A DNA stretch of 64,000 nucleotides from Squalus acanthias (taxonomy: Eukaryota). Positions within the stretch are counted from its first letter, which is position 1, and the number at the start of each line of letters is the position of its first letter. Positions 60,701 to 64,000 of the stretch are shown piece by piece. The stretch spans positions 137,950,001 to 138,014,000 of the forward strand of contig CM059428.1 of assembly GCA_030390025.1 (NCBI GenBank). The letters run 5' to 3'. Position numbers and translations under genes: made by a program. The notes under the pieces were generated by a model. The model saw only the letters and a program-made list of their open reading frames with translations, had not been told where the DNA came from and did no database searches.

Positions 60701-62159
60701 TTGTGAATTCAGCATTGGACTCACTGGACTCATTCTCATATAAATTTATGGGCAAAGGGGAAAGGGGGAAGGCAGAGGTTTGGGGAGAGGGAGAGTAGTC
60801 GGACGAATTTGTTCAAATATTCTGCTCTTGATTTGAATTCGGGATGCAAAGGTGAACGCCAGAGATGTGACGGCACTGCCTCCCTAGTTCCAATATGATC
60901 AACAAAGGCAATTTTACCGAAATAAGTAAATACACTATTTCCGACCTTATAGTCACACTTCCAAACGGCGAATACCGTACCCACCGTCATCCAAAGTCTC
61001 TTCCTGATCTGTACTCTTTTTAAGGTGTTCTGTAAATGTTTTAACAGATACGCAGTTATCATAGTTGTTTTGAAAAATACGTATATGATCTAATGTATTA
61101 CTTCCTGGCCTACAAAAAGGAGCAGCTTGTCCAGGTGTTTAAGGTTCCACCAGGTTGTCCATGCCTCACGGTAATGTCAGCTAATCAAATAATACAAAAA
61201 GATCCAATATCAATGTGTTAGTTTAAATGTAAACGTCGGTGGCGTCTCTGAAAACAATCCATGGCCTTATGGTGCACCTTTGAAAACTAGATATAAATAC
61301 AGATCAACGTTACAATCTAAGTTTAACACACGTTTTCTTTGTGCTAAAAAAGTAAACGTGACTATGCAGAGTTCTTAAACGCGACAATACTCGCTGAGCG
61401 ATCCTTTAGATAGTACAAAGAACTCATTTAATTTAACGCAGGCTGGTGTTCCGACACTTGAAAAACGAGTGTAAACTAGATTTATACTTTAATTCGGAGA
61501 GGTCAGGAAGTGCGCCCTTTATTATCAATATTAAGATCTTTTATTGGGGTTCATAGGTATATTGAAAATATCATAAGTTAGGTGTCATTGTGACGTTAAC
61601 AAAAACATACAAGTGTTTCATGAGTACCTTAAAAATATTACATCAAAATTCTAAGTAAATGTTTTAATCAGATAACTGCTTCCTGTTTCCGTTGTCAGTG
61701 GTGGGTAACGTTCTTGTCTCCTGCATGATCTTTTTTAGCTCTTTGCTCAACGAGCGGATTTCCTTTTCTCACAAACAAGCAGTTTCTTTTTGTAACTTGT
61801 ACAAGAGCTGAGTGAACGGTTAGTGGTAACATGCCATGTATGTAGAACGTTTTTCAGGTAGTAGCAGCTTTTTATTTTCTCGCCTTGACATTTCGTACCA
61901 GCGTTTCACATTTATATACCCTGGACAGAAAGGATTTGGTTTGAAATCGCACATACAGAAAGCACCGAGTATTTGGCGTTGGAAATAACGTTAGCATTGA
62001 CTCTAAACGGTCACGCTCAGTGTTTCAATCACATGACGACAGTCAGCCGAATTTGCTTCAGATGTTTTACGGGCTCGTCAAATTGTGTTTGCCTTATTTT
62101 CACATGTTATGAACTAGCTGTATTTTTCACCTAATGCATCAGGCAGGCAGACTGGCTTA

Positions 62160-62470
62160 TGTTCTACCTACGCGTTCCCCTCTCTCTTATCTTCCCCTTC
62201 CCTGTATTGAATGACAAAGGAGGGCAGGTTTTTGCAGCCCGCAGAGCGGCTGCTCGCCGCCCACGTGACTCTTTTGGCGGGCGCTGTTGTCGGCTCGCGC
62301 GCTTGAACCCTGTTGGGAAACGCCGAAGCGCGCCTGCGCGCCTCGGTGCTTCCACCACAGAGTGCAATGGTCAAACCTCAGAACAACTTGAGCACATGCC
62401 TTGCGTGTAGCGTTAGTCACCGCAGCCACGAGCAAATCCCAGCCTGCTTTCAATTATTGTCGCAACGGAA
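62160..62470. promoter_or_regulatory. CpG island, probable promoter of the next gene (SPAG6 by vertebrate synteny)
   Basis: Dense CpG, E-box CACGTG at 62262-62267, NRF1-like GCGCCTGCGC near 62330 and E2F-like TTTTGGCGGG. No coding exon identified inside the window. Confidence 0.6.
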
Positions 62471-64000
62471 CAAATGTAAAATGTTTAGCGATGGTCTGTG
62501 TAATACGTGCACATGCTGAAGTTCTGCTGCAAAAAGTAGCGCGTCTCTTGTCCTTTCTCTCCCTCCCTCACTCCCGAATTTCAATATAGCCATCGAGGGC
62601 ATTGAAGCCAATGTGGAGAAGCCAGCTTGTGTATAGCAAATATTTTTGGATTTTGTGCCATCGGAAATCTTAACCGCCGCAATTTTAGAAACTTAATGGA
62701 ACCGTGCAAAATGATACAATTCTTCTCGGTGTACATTTACAATGTTTACTACTGCTGTGATGCGGTTTTGGCTTGGCGTCGTGCTAAACTTGTGTAGGGC
62801 GCTAAGGCCCGAACTGAATCCAAACTGTCCGATGTCAGGTAGAGCCCTGGTGCAGATTCAGGGTGTATTTATCCTATACCGTATAGGATAAATGCTCCTG
62901 TGCACAGTGCCTGTGCAAAGCCAAACTGATTCGCACGAACGGTACAGTTGTGTAATTGCACCTTCAAACCGCTGAACCGTGTTCGAAGTCATATTCATTA
63001 GGTAGAACAGCCGAGATGTGAAAAAAATGCAACCCAGGCTTCAAAGCCAACTAACCATTATCCTCAAATCGAAAACACCAGAATTTCAGCTTCTATTAGA
63101 ACTTGTTAAAATTTCCTTTCTAAACCCCAAGATCAAATGATGTCATACTGTAAACTCTTAGCAAACACTAATGTTATCATCTGTAGGCCGGAGAAACGGA
63201 GCAATGTTGTGGTTAACAACACACTTGTCTAAAGTATAAATCAGGTGCTTTTAAATCCCATATTTTAACGCAATTTGCAGATTCTTCTGTAATTGGTAGC
63301 GGTAATTGTTTTTGTATGTCCTTGCAAATTATTTTTAATCCCTTATTCTAGGCATCTGACTATTCATTTAGAAATTTACTTCTACTAACTGCAGAATAAC
63401 AAATTAATGCTGGTTTGATATTTGGGTAGGCATAGAGAGAATGTAAATTAAACATGACACCTTGCTCACAATAACAATTAACATAGTCATAAATAGTTTA
63501 TTGTTTATTAATGAAGAATATCACATTTGATACCCATCAAACGCTGCTGCATTTAAACTTTTACTTTTAAACAATTACATTCAGTTTTCAGAGGAACTAT
63601 TCTATTTTCTGTTACTAAGTGAACCAAGCAAAGGTGACAGATGTGACGAAAACCTGATTAATACTTTACAAGAATGTGCAGTATTATAAACCAGAACATC
63701 GTTCGAAATGCTGGTGGTTTCTCTACAGATTGTAACATTAGGATTTGCTAAATGTGTGCAGCATAACTTTTATAAAGATAAACGGAATGAGAATGAAGTC
63801 TACAACGCAATCTGTTTACTTTTTTTTACCTTTTTAGAATAAAGTTGAAGTATGCCTCTTTAACGTTATCTCAATTTCAGTTGGAACTTCAGGGCGTTTT
63901 TAATGAGCATTTAGAGAAAAACAAGTTTGCACCAGCCTTATGCTTGCAAATATGTGATTATTTGATGTTGCTACCGTGTTTGCATTAGATTATTATGAAA

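Noticed and set aside
62159-64000. SPAG6 coding exons or ORFs in the last CpG island
   Set aside because: No MSQRQVLQ/VFEQYQK-like peptide was found. The ORFs there look like GC-rich noise.

Overview
Vertebrate nuclear DNA. The repeat families point to a cartilaginous fish (shark), which is an inference. The window has three zones. (1) 1-18 kb is a dense pile of nested retro- and DNA transposons. It includes a full-length, nearly intact CR1 LINE (9650-14699), a Penelope/Neptune GIY-YIG fragment with a 12-bp TSD and hammerhead-like motifs, MITEs with 3-bp TSDs, and DeuSINE, L2 and older CR1 pieces. (2) 18-40 kb is intergenic: an almost TE-free, partly CpG-retaining stretch with a perfect tRNA-Asn(GTT) gene and an orphan GC-rich promoter-like island, followed by older SINE/LINE debris. 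(3) 40-64 kb holds the complete 8-exon COMMD3 gene (195 aa) and the complete BMI1/PCGF4 gene (9 coding exons, 325 aa) on the + strand, then a CpG island that is probably the promoter of the next gene (SPAG6 by synteny; no coding exon seen). The most unusual signals are an ATG-free CR1 leader built from tandem repeats full of splice-donor and acceptor motifs, a short uORF in the BMI1 leader that appears deeply conserved, a decayed duplicate of BMI1 exon 4 with an in-frame stop, and a doubled, A-to-G-shifted CR1 3' tail. Comparisons with human loci and repeat consensus sequences are from memory and have not been run.
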